A stretch of DNA of 64,000 nucleotides from Candidatus Spyradocola sp. GTDB lineage: Bacteria; Bacillota; Clostridia; Christensenellales; UBA1750. Every line of letters starts with the position of its first letter. The first letter of the stretch is position 1. The position numbers and the translations under genes were made by a program. The notes under the pieces were generated by a model. The model saw only the letters and a list, made by a program, of their open reading frames with translations. It searched no databases and had not been told where the DNA came from. The stretch spans positions 13,988 through 77,987 of the forward strand of contig JAXEXP010000039.1 of the NCBI GenBank assembly GCA_034113365.1, given 5' to 3'. Positions 1 through 9,421 of the stretch are shown in pieces.

Positions 1-801
1 CAGGTTGCTCGTGACCCAGTACAGGGAGAACGCGGCGTTGTACTGCCAGCAGAAGAACACGCTCATCAGCGGGAAGAGCAGGTTCATCATCTTCTGCTGC
101 TGGTTCTGGGGGCTGTTCTTCTGCGCCTCGGTCTGGCGGCCGTTCATCAGGAAGGTCATCAGGTACTGGGAGGCGCCGGCGAGTATGGGCAGGATGGCCC
201 AGCCGTTGGCGTTGCCCGCGTTGTAGATTTCCATCACGGGCTTCATGATGACCTCGTAGTTGACGCGGATGGTGTTGATGATGTCCTCAGTCAGCAGCGC
301 GTTGCCCTTGACCACGGAAAGATTGCCCGCGGCGGAGGTCAGCGAGGGGATGACGGTGGCCAGTATGTTGTCCGGCTGCCAAATGTTGCGGATCCACAGG
401 AAGCTCTCGGGCACAAACTGCGCGCCGTCGGCCACGGACTGCACCATCAGCACCGTCTGCTCGCCCGCGATGTGGCGCATCACGGCGAACATCGCAAACA
501 GGATGGGCATCTGGATGAGCATGGGCAGACAGCCGCCCATGGGGTTGACCTTTTCCTTTTTGTAGAGCTCCATGGTTTTCTGGGAGCGCTTTTCGGGATC
601 TTTTTCGTATTTCTTGTTGATCTCGTCGATCTTGGGCTGGATGTCCTGCATTTTGCGCATGGAGTGGCGCTGCTTGATATCCAGAGGCAGTATGATGAGC
701 TTGATGACCAGCGTAAAGAGTATGATGGAGACACCGTAGCTGCCAACAAAGCTGTAGATCAGATCGAGTATCCAGCGCAGCGGCGTGATGATGATGCTCA
801 C
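1..801 (-). CDS. yidC: YidC/Oxa1-family membrane protein insertase (3' end runs off the left window edge)
   Basis: Not in the ORF track because there is no in-window stop. My reverse-strand translation starts at GTG (complement of 799-801), with GGAGGA 10 nt upstream. It reads VSIIITPLRWILDLIYSFVGSYGVSIILFTLVIKLIILPLDIKQRHSMRKMQDIQPKIDEINKKYEKDPEKRSQKTMELYKKEKVNPMGGCLPMLIQMPILFAMF. At the window edge it reads VFFCWQYNAAFSLYWVTSNL. Both are YidC hallmarks. 801 nt is 267 codons in frame. The position after rnpA-yidD is the conserved one. Confidence 0.85.
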   Translation of the reverse strand, partial: MSIIITPLRWILDLIYSFVGSYGVSIILFTLVIKLIILPLDIKQRHSMRKMQDIQPKIDEINKKYEKDPEKRSQKTMELYKKEKVNPMGGCLPMLIQMPILFAMFAVMRHIAGEQTVLMVQSVADGAQFVPESFLWIRNIWQPDNILATVIPSLTSAAGNLSVVKGNALLTEDIINTIRVNYEVIMKPVMEIYNAGNANGWAILPILAGASQYLMTFLMNGRQTEAQKNSPQNQQQKMMNLLFPLMSVFFCWQYNAAFSLYWVTSNL

Positions 802-882
802 CTTTTTGTTTTCCTCCGTAAGTGTCGATGGGATGCCGGAGCGCGCCCTGCGCCCGGGGTATCGAAAAATCCTCTGCTTCTC

Positions 883-1095
883 TTACGGCACGGGATCGTA
901 GCCGCCGTCGTTGAAGGGATGGCACCGGATGATGCGCTTGAAGGCAAGCCACCCTCCCTTTGCGGCGCCGTACTTTTCTATCGCCTGCATCGCATAGGTG
1001 GAGCAGGTGGGATAAAACCTGCAGCACGGCGGGAACAGCGGCGAAATAAAGCGCCGGTAACACCGGATGAGGAACAGCAGAATTGTTTTAGCCAT
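883..1095 (-). CDS. yidD: Membrane protein insertion efficiency factor YidD
   Basis: 70-aa [64 protein letters not shown], the typical YidD Cys motif. It overlaps the rnpA stop by 8 nt. Confidence 0.9.
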   Translation of the reverse strand: MAKTILLFLIRCYRRFISPLFPPCCRFYPTCSTYAMQAIEKYGAAKGGWLAFKRIIRCHPFNDGGYDPVP

Positions 1096-1459
1096 TGTTT
1101 TTGCCCGAAGATGCGGGATTGCTTTTATAGAGATGCTGGCGGTTCAGCAGATTGTCAACACTCCTGTCGATGGTGCGGAAATCCGCCGTGGCCGCGGCGT
1201 TTCTTGCGATAAATACGTAATAGCCGCACTTGAGAGACGGTATTCTTGGCCGTATGCTCTCGCGCAGCAGGCGCTTGATGTGGTTGCGCGTCACCGCGCC
1301 GCCCAGCTTTTTGCTCACGGAAAAACCGATGCGCAGCTTGCCCTGGCGGACAAACAGCAGCACCAGCTCCTTATTGGCCTGGGACTTACCCTTTCGGTAG
1401 ACGTACTGAAACGCGGAATTTTCCTTCAGGGAATAGACTCTTTTCAAGGCTGCCTCCAA
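1088..1459 (-). CDS. rnpA: Ribonuclease P protein component
   Basis: 123-aa basic ORF with an RnpA-like core ([24 protein letters not shown]). It sits between rpmH and yidD, as in most bacteria. Confidence 0.9.
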   Translation of the reverse strand: MEAALKRVYSLKENSAFQYVYRKGKSQANKELVLLFVRQGKLRIGFSVSKKLGGAVTRNHIKRLLRESIRPRIPSLKCGYYVFIARNAAATADFRTIDRSVDNLLNRQHLYKSNPASSGKNNG

Positions 1460-1583
1460 GGCGCGGGCCTCATGTGAATTTTGCAGCGCCCTGCCTGTTT
1501 TTGCAGGGCTGCAGGCCTACGGCGCGCGGAAACGCCCGCGCGCCGTATCTGCTATGCCTGCGCAGCGCATTCTTGAATAAGAA

Positions 1584-1712
1584 TTACGCGGAGAGGACCT
1601 TGCGGCCCTTGGCGCGACGGCGGGCGAGCACCTTGCGACCGTTCTTGGTCTTCATGCGCGCACGGAAGCCATGCACCTTGGCACGCTGGCGCTTCTTGGG
1701 CTGGAACGTCAT
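1584..1712 (-). CDS. rpmH: 50S ribosomal protein L34
   Basis: Too short for the ORF track. Hand translation of the reverse strand gives [42 protein letters not shown], with the stop at the complement of 1584-1586. The gene is divergent from dnaA. Confidence 0.95.
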   Translation of the reverse strand: MTFQPKKRQRAKVHGFRARMKTKNGRKVLARRRAKGRKVLSA

Positions 1713-2160
1713 CCACATTGCTTTTTCACACCCCTTGTTCGTTAAAATGGAGACACTGCTCTACCTATAAAACAGCTATTGTATTATAAGGCTTTCCCGG
1801 CTTTTCTGTCAAGCAAAGTCTGAACTTTTTACATCCCGATCCGCCGCTTTTGCATCAACATGTCAATTTGAATGAAATGAAACAGCAAAACGTTCAAAAA
1901 CATTCAAAGTGTAGGATTCCCAAAAATCTGTGGATAACTTTGTGAAAAACCTTGCAAGGCGTGTTTTTTTTTGTTATGATGACTCTTGTATCCCCCTTTT
2001 GAGGATACGATCAAAGCTTCGTTATCCACATCCTGTGGATAACTTTGTGGAAAGTTTCTGAAAATATGTGCATATCGGCGCGGGTTATCCCCACATTTCC
2101 CGCCCGAGCGGCAGGTTTCGCCGTCTGATGCAAATACACAGGAGGAATCATTGTGGATAA
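1713..2160. promoter_or_regulatory. oriC part I: rpmH-dnaA intergenic region with DnaA boxes and an AT-rich tract
   Basis: Perfect TTATCCACA or its complement at 1929-1937, 2022-2030, 2034-2042 and 2152-2160. Near-matches at 2046-2054 (TGTGGAAAG) and 2085-2093 (TTATCCCCA). Positions 1761-1990 are conspicuously AT-rich in an otherwise GC-rich genome. The region must also hold the rpmH and dnaA promoters. Confidence 0.8.
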
Positions 2161-3487
2161 ACAGGGCGCAGTCGAGCTATGGGAGAAGGCCTCCCAGCTC
2201 ATTCGTTCGGACATCAACAGCGTATCCTATGATAATTGGTTCAAGGATCTCAAGCCCGCGGACTACGACGGACAGACGCTGACCTTGCTCGCGGCCAACG
2301 CCTTCAACCGCAACATACTGACCGAAAACTATTCCCGTCAGCTGCAGGCGGCGCTCAACCTGGCTGCCGGGCACGAGGTCAGCTTTGTGCTGCGCCTTCC
2401 CTCGGAGGACATCGCGCCCAAGGAACCCGCTCCCAAGCCCGCGCCGCAGGCCAGCGCCTCCCTCAACATGCTCAACCCCAAGTATACTTTTTCCACCTAC
2501 GTCATCGGCAAGTCCAACAACTTTGCCCATGCCGCAGCCTACGCCGTCTCCCAGCGCCCGGGCGACGCGTACAACCCGCTGTTCCTCTATTCGGGCGTGG
2601 GCCTTGGCAAGACCCACCTCATGCACGCCATCGGCCACTCTATATTGGAAAAGAATCCCGATGCGCGCATCCTCTACATCACCTCCGAAACCTTCACCAA
2701 CGACCTGATCAAGGCCATTTCCACCAACACCAACTTTGAATTCCGCAACCGCTACCGCAACGTGGACGTGCTGATGGTGGACGACATCCAGTTCATCGCG
2801 GGCAAGGAGCAGACGCAGGAGGAGTTCTTCCACACCTTCAACGCGCTCTACGAGGCGCGCAAGCAGATCGTCATCTCGTCCGATAAGCCGCCCAAGGACA
2901 TCCCCACACTGGAAGAGCGCCTGCGCTCGCGCTTTGAGTGGGGCCTGATCGCCGACATCTCCAAGCCGGATCTGGAGACCCGCATCGCGATCCTGCGCAA
3001 AAAGGCGGAGCTTGAGCACCTGGACGTGCCCGATGAGGTCAATACCTACATCGCCACCAAGGTCGAGAGCAACATCCGTGAGCTGGAAGGGTGCTTAACG
3101 CGCGTGCTCGCCTACGCGGACCTGACCAAGACGCCCATCAACGAGGCGCTTGCGGCGGAAGCCCTGCGCGACATGCTGCCCGTAAAGGACCCGCGCCGCA
3201 TCACCACTGACCTCATCATGGCCATCGTTTCGGAATACTATCACGTCACCGTGGACGACCTGAAGTCCAAGCGCCGCAACCGCGAGATCACCGTGCCGCG
3301 CCAGATCGCCATGTACCTGGTGCGCGAGCTCAACGGCACCTCCCTGCCCACCATCGGCATGGAGTTCGGCGGCAGAGACCACACCACCGTCATCCACGCC
3401 TGCGACAAGGTCGCCGAGGACATCAAGCACGACGCCCAGCTCAAGGAGACCATAGGCACGCTCAAAAAGCGCATCCAGGGCGCGTAA
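2153..3487 (+). CDS. dnaA: Chromosomal replication initiator protein DnaA
   Basis: 444-aa ORF with a GTG start 6 nt after GGAGGA (2141-2146). It has a Walker A motif (GVGLGKTHLMHAIG), the AAA+ core and the C-terminal DNA-binding helix (FGGRDHTTVIHA). Confidence 0.97.
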   Translation: MDKQGAVELWEKASQLIRSDINSVSYDNWFKDLKPADYDGQTLTLLAANAFNRNILTENYSRQLQAALNLAAGHEVSFVLRLPSEDIAPKEPAPKPAPQASASLNMLNPKYTFSTYVIGKSNNFAHAAAYAVSQRPGDAYNPLFLYSGVGLGKTHLMHAIGHSILEKNPDARILYITSETFTNDLIKAISTNTNFEFRNRYRNVDVLMVDDIQFIAGKEQTQEEFFHTFNALYEARKQIVISSDKPPKDIPTLEERLRSRFEWGLIADISKPDLETRIAILRKKAELEHLDVPDEVNTYIATKVESNIRELEGCLTRVLAYADLTKTPINEALAAEALRDMLPVKDPRRITTDLIMAIVSEYYHVTVDDLKSKRRNREITVPRQIAMYLVRELNGTSLPTIGMEFGGRDHTTVIHACDKVAEDIKHDAQLKETIGTLKKRIQGA

Positions 3488-3534
3488 ACACAGCAGTTCC
3501 GACCGCAGCTTTTTCGGAAACGGAGGGAAACACT

Positions 3535-4638
3535 ATGAAATTCATCTGCCAGAAAGAGGACCTGATTCAGGGTCTTACCGTATCGACCAAGGCCAGCGCC
3601 ACGCGCTCTCCCCAGCAGGTGCTCGAGTGCGTGTCCATCTCGGCGGACGCGTCGGGCGTGCACCTGATGTGCACCGATCTTCAGATGGGCATCGTGGCCG
3701 ACGTGCCCGCAACGGTAGCCGAGGGCGGCCGCGTGCTGCTCAACGCCCGGCTGCTGAGCGAAATCGTGCGCAAGCTCCCCGAGGGCGAGGTCACCGTCAG
3801 CGTCAGCGCCACCAACCGTGCCGTCATCAGCGCCGCAGGCTCCAAGACCACGCTGCAGGGCCTTTCCGCGCAGGACTTCCCCCAGCTGCCCGAGGTGCTG
3901 GACGATCAGCCCATCTCCATTCGCCAGAACCTGCTGCGCGACATGATCCGCCAGACCGGCTTTGCCATCGCAGCCGACGACGCCCGCCCCATCCTCATGG
4001 GCATCCTGATGGAGATTGAAAACGACGAGATCACCCTCGTTGCGCTGGACGGCTTCCGCCTTGCCCGCAGAAAAGGCCGTCTCAACGAGCCCGCAGGCTC
4101 CGTCAGCGCCGTGGTGTCGGGCAAGTATTTCATCGAAATCGGCAAGATACTGGGCGATGACGACACCGCCGTCACCCTCAGCCTTTCCGCCACGCACCTG
4201 AAAATCCGCACACAGACCGCCACGGTGGTCATCCGCCTGCTCGAGGGCGATTACATCAAGTACCGCCAGCTGCTGCCCCCTTCCTACGCCATCTCGGTGC
4301 GTCTGTCGCGCGGGGAGCTTGCCGACTGCATCGACCGCGCCTCGCTGATGGCGCGCGAGGGCAAGAGCAATCTGCTCAAGTTCTCCATCACGCAGGACAA
4401 GCTGGCCATCACCTCCAACAGCGAGATGGGCGACGTCTATGAGGAAATGGACGTCGAAACCCTCGGCAAGGACATCGACATCGCCTTCAACGTGCGCTAT
4501 ATCACCGAGGCGGTGCGCTCCATCGAGGAGGAGCAGTTCCTCATCAAGCTCAACTCCAACATCTCCCCCTGCGTGCTGGTGCCCACCGAGGGCGAGGACT
4601 TCCTCTACTTGGTGCTGCCCGTGCGCACCACCGCGTAA
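3535..4638 (+). CDS. dnaN: DNA polymerase III beta sliding clamp
   Basis: 367-aa ORF, MKFICQKEDLIQGL...ARPILMGILMEIENDEITLVALDGFRLA, a typical DnaN. It starts 47 nt after dnaA. Confidence 0.95.
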   Translation: MKFICQKEDLIQGLTVSTKASATRSPQQVLECVSISADASGVHLMCTDLQMGIVADVPATVAEGGRVLLNARLLSEIVRKLPEGEVTVSVSATNRAVISAAGSKTTLQGLSAQDFPQLPEVLDDQPISIRQNLLRDMIRQTGFAIAADDARPILMGILMEIENDEITLVALDGFRLARRKGRLNEPAGSVSAVVSGKYFIEIGKILGDDDTAVTLSLSATHLKIRTQTATVVIRLLEGDYIKYRQLLPPSYAISVRLSRGELADCIDRASLMAREGKSNLLKFSITQDKLAITSNSEMGDVYEEMDVETLGKDIDIAFNVRYITEAVRSIEEEQFLIKLNSNISPCVLVPTEGEDFLYLVLPVRTTA

Positions 4639-4715
4639 GCGCCAAACCAAAATCCACATCTTCTGACCGCCCAAGTCCGCTTTGGCGGTCAACCTTTTAT
4701 CGAGGCACAACACCC

Positions 4716-5798
4716 ATGCTCATCAAAAAGCTGACGCTGACCAATTTCCGCAATTACGAAGCCTGCGAGTTTTCCCCCGAGCCGGGCATCAACCTGATCG
4801 TGGGCGAGAACGCGCAGGGCAAGACCAATCTGCTCGAGGCGGTGTTCTTCTGCTGCTTCGGCCGCTCGCACCGCACCAGCCGCGAAAAGGATCTGATCGC
4901 CTACGACGCGCCCTTTTCGCTCATCCGCCTGTGCAGCCAGCGCACCGGCACGGATCACGAGCTGACCGTGCGCCTCAGCCGCGAGGAGGGGCGCAGGATC
5001 AAGTCCGACGGCCTTCCGCTGGCGCGCATCGGCGAGCTGATGGGGCTGCTCAACTGCGTGCTGTTCGCGCCCGAGCACCTGTCCATCGTCAAGGACGGCC
5101 CCGCCGAGCGCAGAAGGTTCCTGGACATGGAGCTCTCCCAGACCTACCCCGCCTACTTCTTTTTGCTCCAGCAGTACCAGCGCGCGCTGCGCCAGCGCAA
5201 CATGCTGCTCAAGTCCCTGCGCGAGCAGCCCGAGCTGCGCGCCACGCTGCCCGTGTGGAACCAGCAGCTGGCGAGCCTGGGCTGGAAGCTGATGGGCTAC
5301 CGCGAGGCATTCTGCGCGCGCCTTTCCACCCTTGCGAGCCGCAACCACGCGGACATCAGCGGCGGCAGAGAGCAGCTGACCGTGCAGTACCGCCCTGACT
5401 GCGCCGCGCAGGACGAACTGTCGCTGCTGCGGCTCATCGAGGAGGGGCAGAAGGAGGACCTGCGGCGCCTGACCTCCACGCGCGGCCCGCACCGCGACGA
5501 AATGGCGCTCAACCTGGACGGCCGCGAGATCCGCGCGTTCGGCTCGCAGGGGCAGCAGCGCACCGCGGCGCTGGCCATCAAGCTGTCCGAGCTGGACCTC
5601 ATCCGCGCCGAGACCGGCGAGTGGCCCATCCTGATGCTGGACGACGTGATGAGCGAGCTGGACGAGCGCCGGCAAAAATACCTGCTCGAGCGCATCCTCC
5701 CCGTGCAGACGCTGGTGACCACCACCGCCACCGGTTCCGACTGGCCCAGCGCGCGGCGCTTTGAGGTCGCTGCCGGCAGCGTCCGCCCGCTATCCTAG
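4716..5798 (+). CDS. recF: DNA replication and repair protein RecF
   Basis: 360-aa ORF, MLIKKLTLTNFRNYE...GENAQGKTNLLEAV (Walker A), with an ABC signature-like FGSQGQQRTAALAIKL and Walker B ILMLDDVMSELD. Confidence 0.95.
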   Translation: MLIKKLTLTNFRNYEACEFSPEPGINLIVGENAQGKTNLLEAVFFCCFGRSHRTSREKDLIAYDAPFSLIRLCSQRTGTDHELTVRLSREEGRRIKSDGLPLARIGELMGLLNCVLFAPEHLSIVKDGPAERRRFLDMELSQTYPAYFFLLQQYQRALRQRNMLLKSLREQPELRATLPVWNQQLASLGWKLMGYREAFCARLSTLASRNHADISGGREQLTVQYRPDCAAQDELSLLRLIEEGQKEDLRRLTSTRGPHRDEMALNLDGREIRAFGSQGQQRTAALAIKLSELDLIRAETGEWPILMLDDVMSELDERRQKYLLERILPVQTLVTTTATGSDWPSARRFEVAAGSVRPLS

Positions 5799-5830
5799 AC
5801 GACAAAACGAGCGTTTCACACAAACAACCG

Positions 5831-5870
5831 CTCCTCCGCATGGCTTTTGCCGTGCAGGGGGAGTTTTTTT
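5831..5870 (+). terminator. Probable intrinsic terminator after recF
   Basis: Imperfect GC-rich hairpin (CTCCTCCGCATGGC / GCCGTGCAGGGGGAG) followed by a T7 run at 5864-5870. Confidence 0.55.
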
Positions 5871-6308
5871 CGGAAAGCGGCGTTTTGCCCGAATTCTTCA
5901 CCTTTTGTTTTTGGTTCTTTAACCGTCTCTTTGCCCTTTCTTTATTGTAAAAAAAGTAGGGATTGTGTATTCTTAAGCTGTCAAAAGCGAACAGCGAATG
6001 ACAGCATTCCTTGAAAATCTTCCCTGTCAGGCAGCGCCGTGCCGCACTTCTTCAGCGGGTGGTGCGTCCACGAATGCCGGGTCCTTGCGTTCCTCCTCCT
6101 TACGCGGGCCGGGCGCAGCGGCTGCGACATTTCGATATCCTTCTTCCTACAGATCGGCAGATGCTCCCCATCTGCAACGAAAACACACCCTTTGCTCATC
6201 TTCCCGGGCAAGGGGTTTTTTCGTCCCCTTTTCTCTTTTCGCCGCGCAGCGCACGTTTCGTTGTCTCAGGGGAAAGAGAAGGAGATGAGGCTGTAGAATA
6301 GAGTAAGG

Positions 6309-6326
6309 TAGACGTAGTAGCCGTAG
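6309..6326 (+). promoter_or_regulatory. DnaA-trio-like array (in-phase TAG triplets) next to a DnaA box
   Basis: TAG acg TAG TAG ccg TAG: four of six consecutive triplets are TAG, all in one 3-nt phase (6309, 6315, 6318, 6324). A 12-nt G-rich spacer (agctggggatgt) follows, then the perfect box TGTGGATAA at 6339-6347. Confidence 0.4.
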
Positions 6327-6338
6327 AGCTGGGGATGT

Positions 6339-6742
6339 TGTGGATAACCTCATTTTGCGCGGCAGGCAAAGGATTTTTCCACGTGGAAGCGCATGTGGAT
6401 GACGGCCCCGGCTTTCCACAGAAACGGCAGTTTTTCCACTTTTCTGCTCCGTGTCCGCCGCCCGGGGAGGCCCATCTGTGGATGAATTTCCGCCCCTGCC
6501 GCAACAGACCGGTCCTTTGACACGAACAATCACTGTTTTGCATATTTATTCACTCTATACAAGGCTATGCAGCCTGCGTTTTCCACAGAATCCACCGGCT
6601 GTGGATGAGTTTCAACAGCACTTATCCACAATCGGTGGACAAACCAAAAAACGGCGGTTTTGGAGTCATTTTTCTGACTGCGCGGGAAGGAAAGCGAGCA
6701 TGCGATCGAGTTATCCCCAATTTGTGCAATACCTGTGGATAA
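6339..6742. promoter_or_regulatory. Second DnaA-box cluster (oriC part II, or a DnaA-titration cluster)
   Basis: Perfect boxes at 6339-6347, 6622-6630 and 6734-6742. One-mismatch boxes: TGTGGATGA at 6394-6402, 6477-6485 and 6600-6608; CTTTCCACA at 6412-6420; TTTTCCACA at 6579-6587; TTATCCCCA at 6711-6719. No convincing ORF lies anywhere in 5799-7055. Confidence 0.7.
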
Positions 6743-7055
6743 CTCGATGTGTGCGGCGTCTCCTTATGAAAAAATAGACTTATGCACCATCTGCCGCATC
6801 CCGTGCGCGCCGCGGGCAGACCCGGTTGTGATGTTTTGACCATAATGTAATGAATTGATTTCACCGCCCGATTTATTGCGCATTTCAGGCGCTCACAGGC
6901 TTTCTTTGCCTGAATTCTCTGCGCTTTTGCGGCAAAAAATGTGTGGGCTCCCCCTTTTCCATTTCGCCAAACTGGTGTATAATGAGAAAAAAGACAATAC
7001 GCCGGCCGGATGTGGCCGGTTGACATCATCAAACCCGCAGCAAGGAGGAATTCGC

Positions 7056-8075
7056 ATGACCAAGATACTGACCGGTTCTTCCCTCCCCAACATCCCCTGG
7101 GAAGAAAAGCCCGCAACGGTGATCAACTCCCCGCTCTGGCGATACAGCGGCAACCCCGTCATCGACCGCAACCCCTGCAAGGGCGTGACCCGCATCTTCA
7201 ACAGCGCCGTGGCTCCCTACGGCGACGGCTTTGTGGCGGTGCTGCGCGGCGAGCAGACCAACGGCATCCCGCACATCTACATGGGCTACTCCAAGGACGC
7301 CATCCACTGGGACATCGACGAGAACAAGATCCCCTTCGTGGATGAGAACGGCGAGCCCTTCATGCCCGGCTACGCCTACGACCCCCGCTTGGTCAAGGTG
7401 GAGGACACCTACTACATCATGTGGTGCACCGACTTCTACGGCGCGGCCATCGGCATGGCCAAGACCCAGGACTTCAAGACCTTCGTGCGCATCGAGAATC
7501 CCTTCATCCCCTTCAACCGCAACGCGGTGCTCTTCCCCCGCAAGATCAACGGCAACTACGTGATGCTCTCCCGCCCCTCCGACTCCGGCCACACCCCCTT
7601 TGGCGACATCTTCCTCTCCGAGTCGCCCGACATGGTCTACTGGGGCAAGCACCGCCATGTGATGAGCCGCGGCAGCGAGTGGTGGCAGTCGCTCAAGGTG
7701 GGCGGCGGCGCGGCCCCCATCGAGACGGACGAGGGCTGGCTGCTGTTCTACCACGGCGTGTCCGGCACCTGCAACGGCTACGTCTACTCCATCGGCGGCG
7801 CGATCCTGGACATTGATCAGCCCTCCATCGTCAAGTACCGCTGCGAGAACTTCCTGCTCACCCCCGAGGCACCCTACGAGGAGCGCGGCTTCGTGCCCAA
7901 CGTCTGCTTCCCCTGCGCAACGCTGCAGGACCCCGACACCGGCCGCATCGCCATCTACTACGGCGCGGCGGACTCCGTGGTGGGCCTGGCCTTTACCGAG
8001 GTGGGCGAGGTCGTCTCCTACATCAAGGAGCACAGCAAGGTCAATTCCACCGACACCGAGATCGGCATCCGATAA
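7056..8075 (+). CDS. GH130 glycoside phosphorylase, beta-1,4-mannooligosaccharide phosphorylase-like (subfamily 2-like)
   Basis: I start at the internal ATG at 7056 (AAGGAGGA 7 nt upstream) rather than the track start at 6855. 339 aa, MTKILTGSSLPNIPWEEKP...RIFNSAVAPYGDGFVAVLRGE...GGGAAPIETDEGWLLFYHGV...IYYGAADS. Size and motifs match short GH130 enzymes such as RaMP2. Confidence 0.85.
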   Translation: MTKILTGSSLPNIPWEEKPATVINSPLWRYSGNPVIDRNPCKGVTRIFNSAVAPYGDGFVAVLRGEQTNGIPHIYMGYSKDAIHWDIDENKIPFVDENGEPFMPGYAYDPRLVKVEDTYYIMWCTDFYGAAIGMAKTQDFKTFVRIENPFIPFNRNAVLFPRKINGNYVMLSRPSDSGHTPFGDIFLSESPDMVYWGKHRHVMSRGSEWWQSLKVGGGAAPIETDEGWLLFYHGVSGTCNGYVYSIGGAILDIDQPSIVKYRCENFLLTPEAPYEERGFVPNVCFPCATLQDPDTGRIAIYYGAADSVVGLAFTEVGEVVSYIKEHSKVNSTDTEIGIR

Positions 8076-8115
8076 AAACCAATTTTATTAGAATACATCC
8101 TGGAGGAACACACAC

Positions 8116-9291
8116 ATGCTGCATCCCAACTACTACATCGAAAAGGCCAAGGTGGACAAGCTCGTCGCCCGCAAGAACGTGGTCTCCGACATCTACAACG
8201 GCATCTACGAGCGCTATGAGTACCCCGTGCTCACCCGCGAGTTCGCGCCCGTTCACTGGAGATACGACCTGGACATCAAAACCAATCCCTACTTCATGGA
8301 GCGCCTGGGCGTCAACGCCGTGATGAACAGCGGCGCGATTTACCTCAACGGCAAGTTCTACCTCGTCGTGCGCACCGAGGGGGCCGATCGCAAGTCCTTC
8401 TTCGCGGTGGCCGAGTCCGACACCGGCATCGACGGCTTCCACTTCTGGGACTACCCCGTGCAGCTGCCCGACACCTGCCCCGAGGAGACCAACGTCTATG
8501 ACATGCGCCTGACCCAGCACGAGGACGGCTGGATCTACGGCGTGTTCTGCTCCGAGAGCAAGGACCCCAACAACCCTGACCTGTCCGCGGCGGTCGCGGC
8601 GGCGGGCATCGTGCGCACCAAGGACCTCAAGACCTGGGAGCGCCTGCCCAACCTGGTCACCAAGCGCTCGCCCCAGCAGCGCAACGTGGTGCTGCACCCC
8701 GAGTTCGTCAACGGCAAGTACGCCTTCTACACCCGCCCCATGGACGGCTTCATCGAGACGGGCTCCGGCTCGGGCATCGGCTTTGGCCTGTGCGACGACA
8801 TCACCCATCCCGTCATCGACGAGGAGGTCATGACCTCCATCCGCCGCTACCACACCATCACCGAGGCCAAGAACGGCGCGGGCTGCGTGCCCATCAAGAC
8901 CGAGAAGGGCTGGATCCACATCGCCCACGGCGTGCGCAACACCGCCGCCGGCCTGCGCTATGTGCTCTACGTGTTCGCCACCGACCTCAACGACCCCACC
9001 AAGGTCATCGCCGAGCCCTCCGGCGTGTTCCTCGTCCCGCGCAAGGGCGAGCGCGTCGGCGACGTGTCCAACGTCACCTTTGCCTGCGGCGCGGTGGTCA
9101 AGGATGAGAAGGTCTACATCTACTACGCCTCCTCCGACACCCGCATGCACGTGGCCACCACCACCATCGACAAGCTGGTGGACTACACCTTCAACACCCC
9201 GTCCGATCCCCTCCGCAGCCCCGACTGCGTCAAGCAGCGCTGCGCCATGATCGACAAGAACCTCGAGATCCTCAAGCACGAGACGCTGTAA
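8116..9291 (+). CDS. GH130 phosphorylase, 4-O-beta-D-mannosyl-D-glucose phosphorylase-like (subfamily 1-like)
   Basis: 391-aa ORF with the long N-terminal helix typical of MGP-type GH130 enzymes ([21 protein letters not shown]...), then [26 protein letters not shown] and [14 protein letters not shown]. Confidence 0.85.
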   Translation: MLHPNYYIEKAKVDKLVARKNVVSDIYNGIYERYEYPVLTREFAPVHWRYDLDIKTNPYFMERLGVNAVMNSGAIYLNGKFYLVVRTEGADRKSFFAVAESDTGIDGFHFWDYPVQLPDTCPEETNVYDMRLTQHEDGWIYGVFCSESKDPNNPDLSAAVAAAGIVRTKDLKTWERLPNLVTKRSPQQRNVVLHPEFVNGKYAFYTRPMDGFIETGSGSGIGFGLCDDITHPVIDEEVMTSIRRYHTITEAKNGAGCVPIKTEKGWIHIAHGVRNTAAGLRYVLYVFATDLNDPTKVIAEPSGVFLVPRKGERVGDVSNVTFACGAVVKDEKVYIYYASSDTRMHVATTTIDKLVDYTFNTPSDPLRSPDCVKQRCAMIDKNLEILKHETL

Positions 9292-9303
9292 AGAACGGCA
9301 AAA

Positions 9304-9323
9304 CCGGGAGCAAAAGCTCCCGG
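9304..9323 (+). terminator. Hairpin after the GH130 genes
   Basis: CCGGGAGC-aaaa-GCTCCCGG, 13 nt after the stop codon. The U-tract is weak (TT only). It is the first of a series of hairpins. Confidence 0.45.
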
Positions 9324-9421
9324 TTAGCCTGTCGACAAAGTCGACAGGCTCGAAAAAGATGAAACCTCATCTTTTTCGAATTGCAGAAAAATTCGCGCAC
9401 GGCTTAGCCGCACACGAATTT

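Noticed and set aside
287-1063. 258-aa minus-strand ORF and 246-aa plus-strand ORF (472-1212) across the yidC/yidD region
   Set aside because: They are off-frame or antisense to the hand-translated YidC frame and to YidD. Their products are Arg/His-rich nonsense.
1488-1546. Two GC-rich stem-loops between rpmH and rnpA as a terminator or attenuator
   Set aside because: Neither is followed by a T-run on the transcribed (minus) strand. Such stems are expected by chance in this composition, and rpmH-rnpA are normally co-transcribed.
3241-4713. 490-aa minus-strand ORF over dnaN. Similar shadows occur at 2177-3019, 4689-5675, 7029-8033, 8041-9279, 12459-13586, 16763-17950, 19003-20247, 24735-26525, 26062-27312, 54146-55561, 56259-57872, 57455-59155, 60189-61595 and 61860-63059
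   Set aside because: Each lies opposite a gene with clear family motifs and has a biased, repetitive Arg/Ala/Gly/His composition. None has a convincing RBS.
5981-6211. 76-aa minus-strand ORF (MSKGCVFVADGEHLPICRKK...) in the gap after recF
   Set aside because: It has no adequate RBS spacing, no recognisable family, and basic low-complexity in the C-terminal half. Several overlapping ORFs of similar size occur in other frames, so the openness is not informative.
6855-7055. Longer N-terminal versions of several ORFs in the track (6855, 15319, 18469, 21454, 24573, 24792, 28073, 34836, 36708, 47666, 48756, 54188, 56286, 60253, 62013, 62157, 62899)
   Set aside because: In each case an internal ATG or GTG has a GGAGG-type RBS at 6-10 nt, and the family-typical N-terminus begins there. 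The extra residues are Arg/Pro-rich and overlap upstream genes or promoters.
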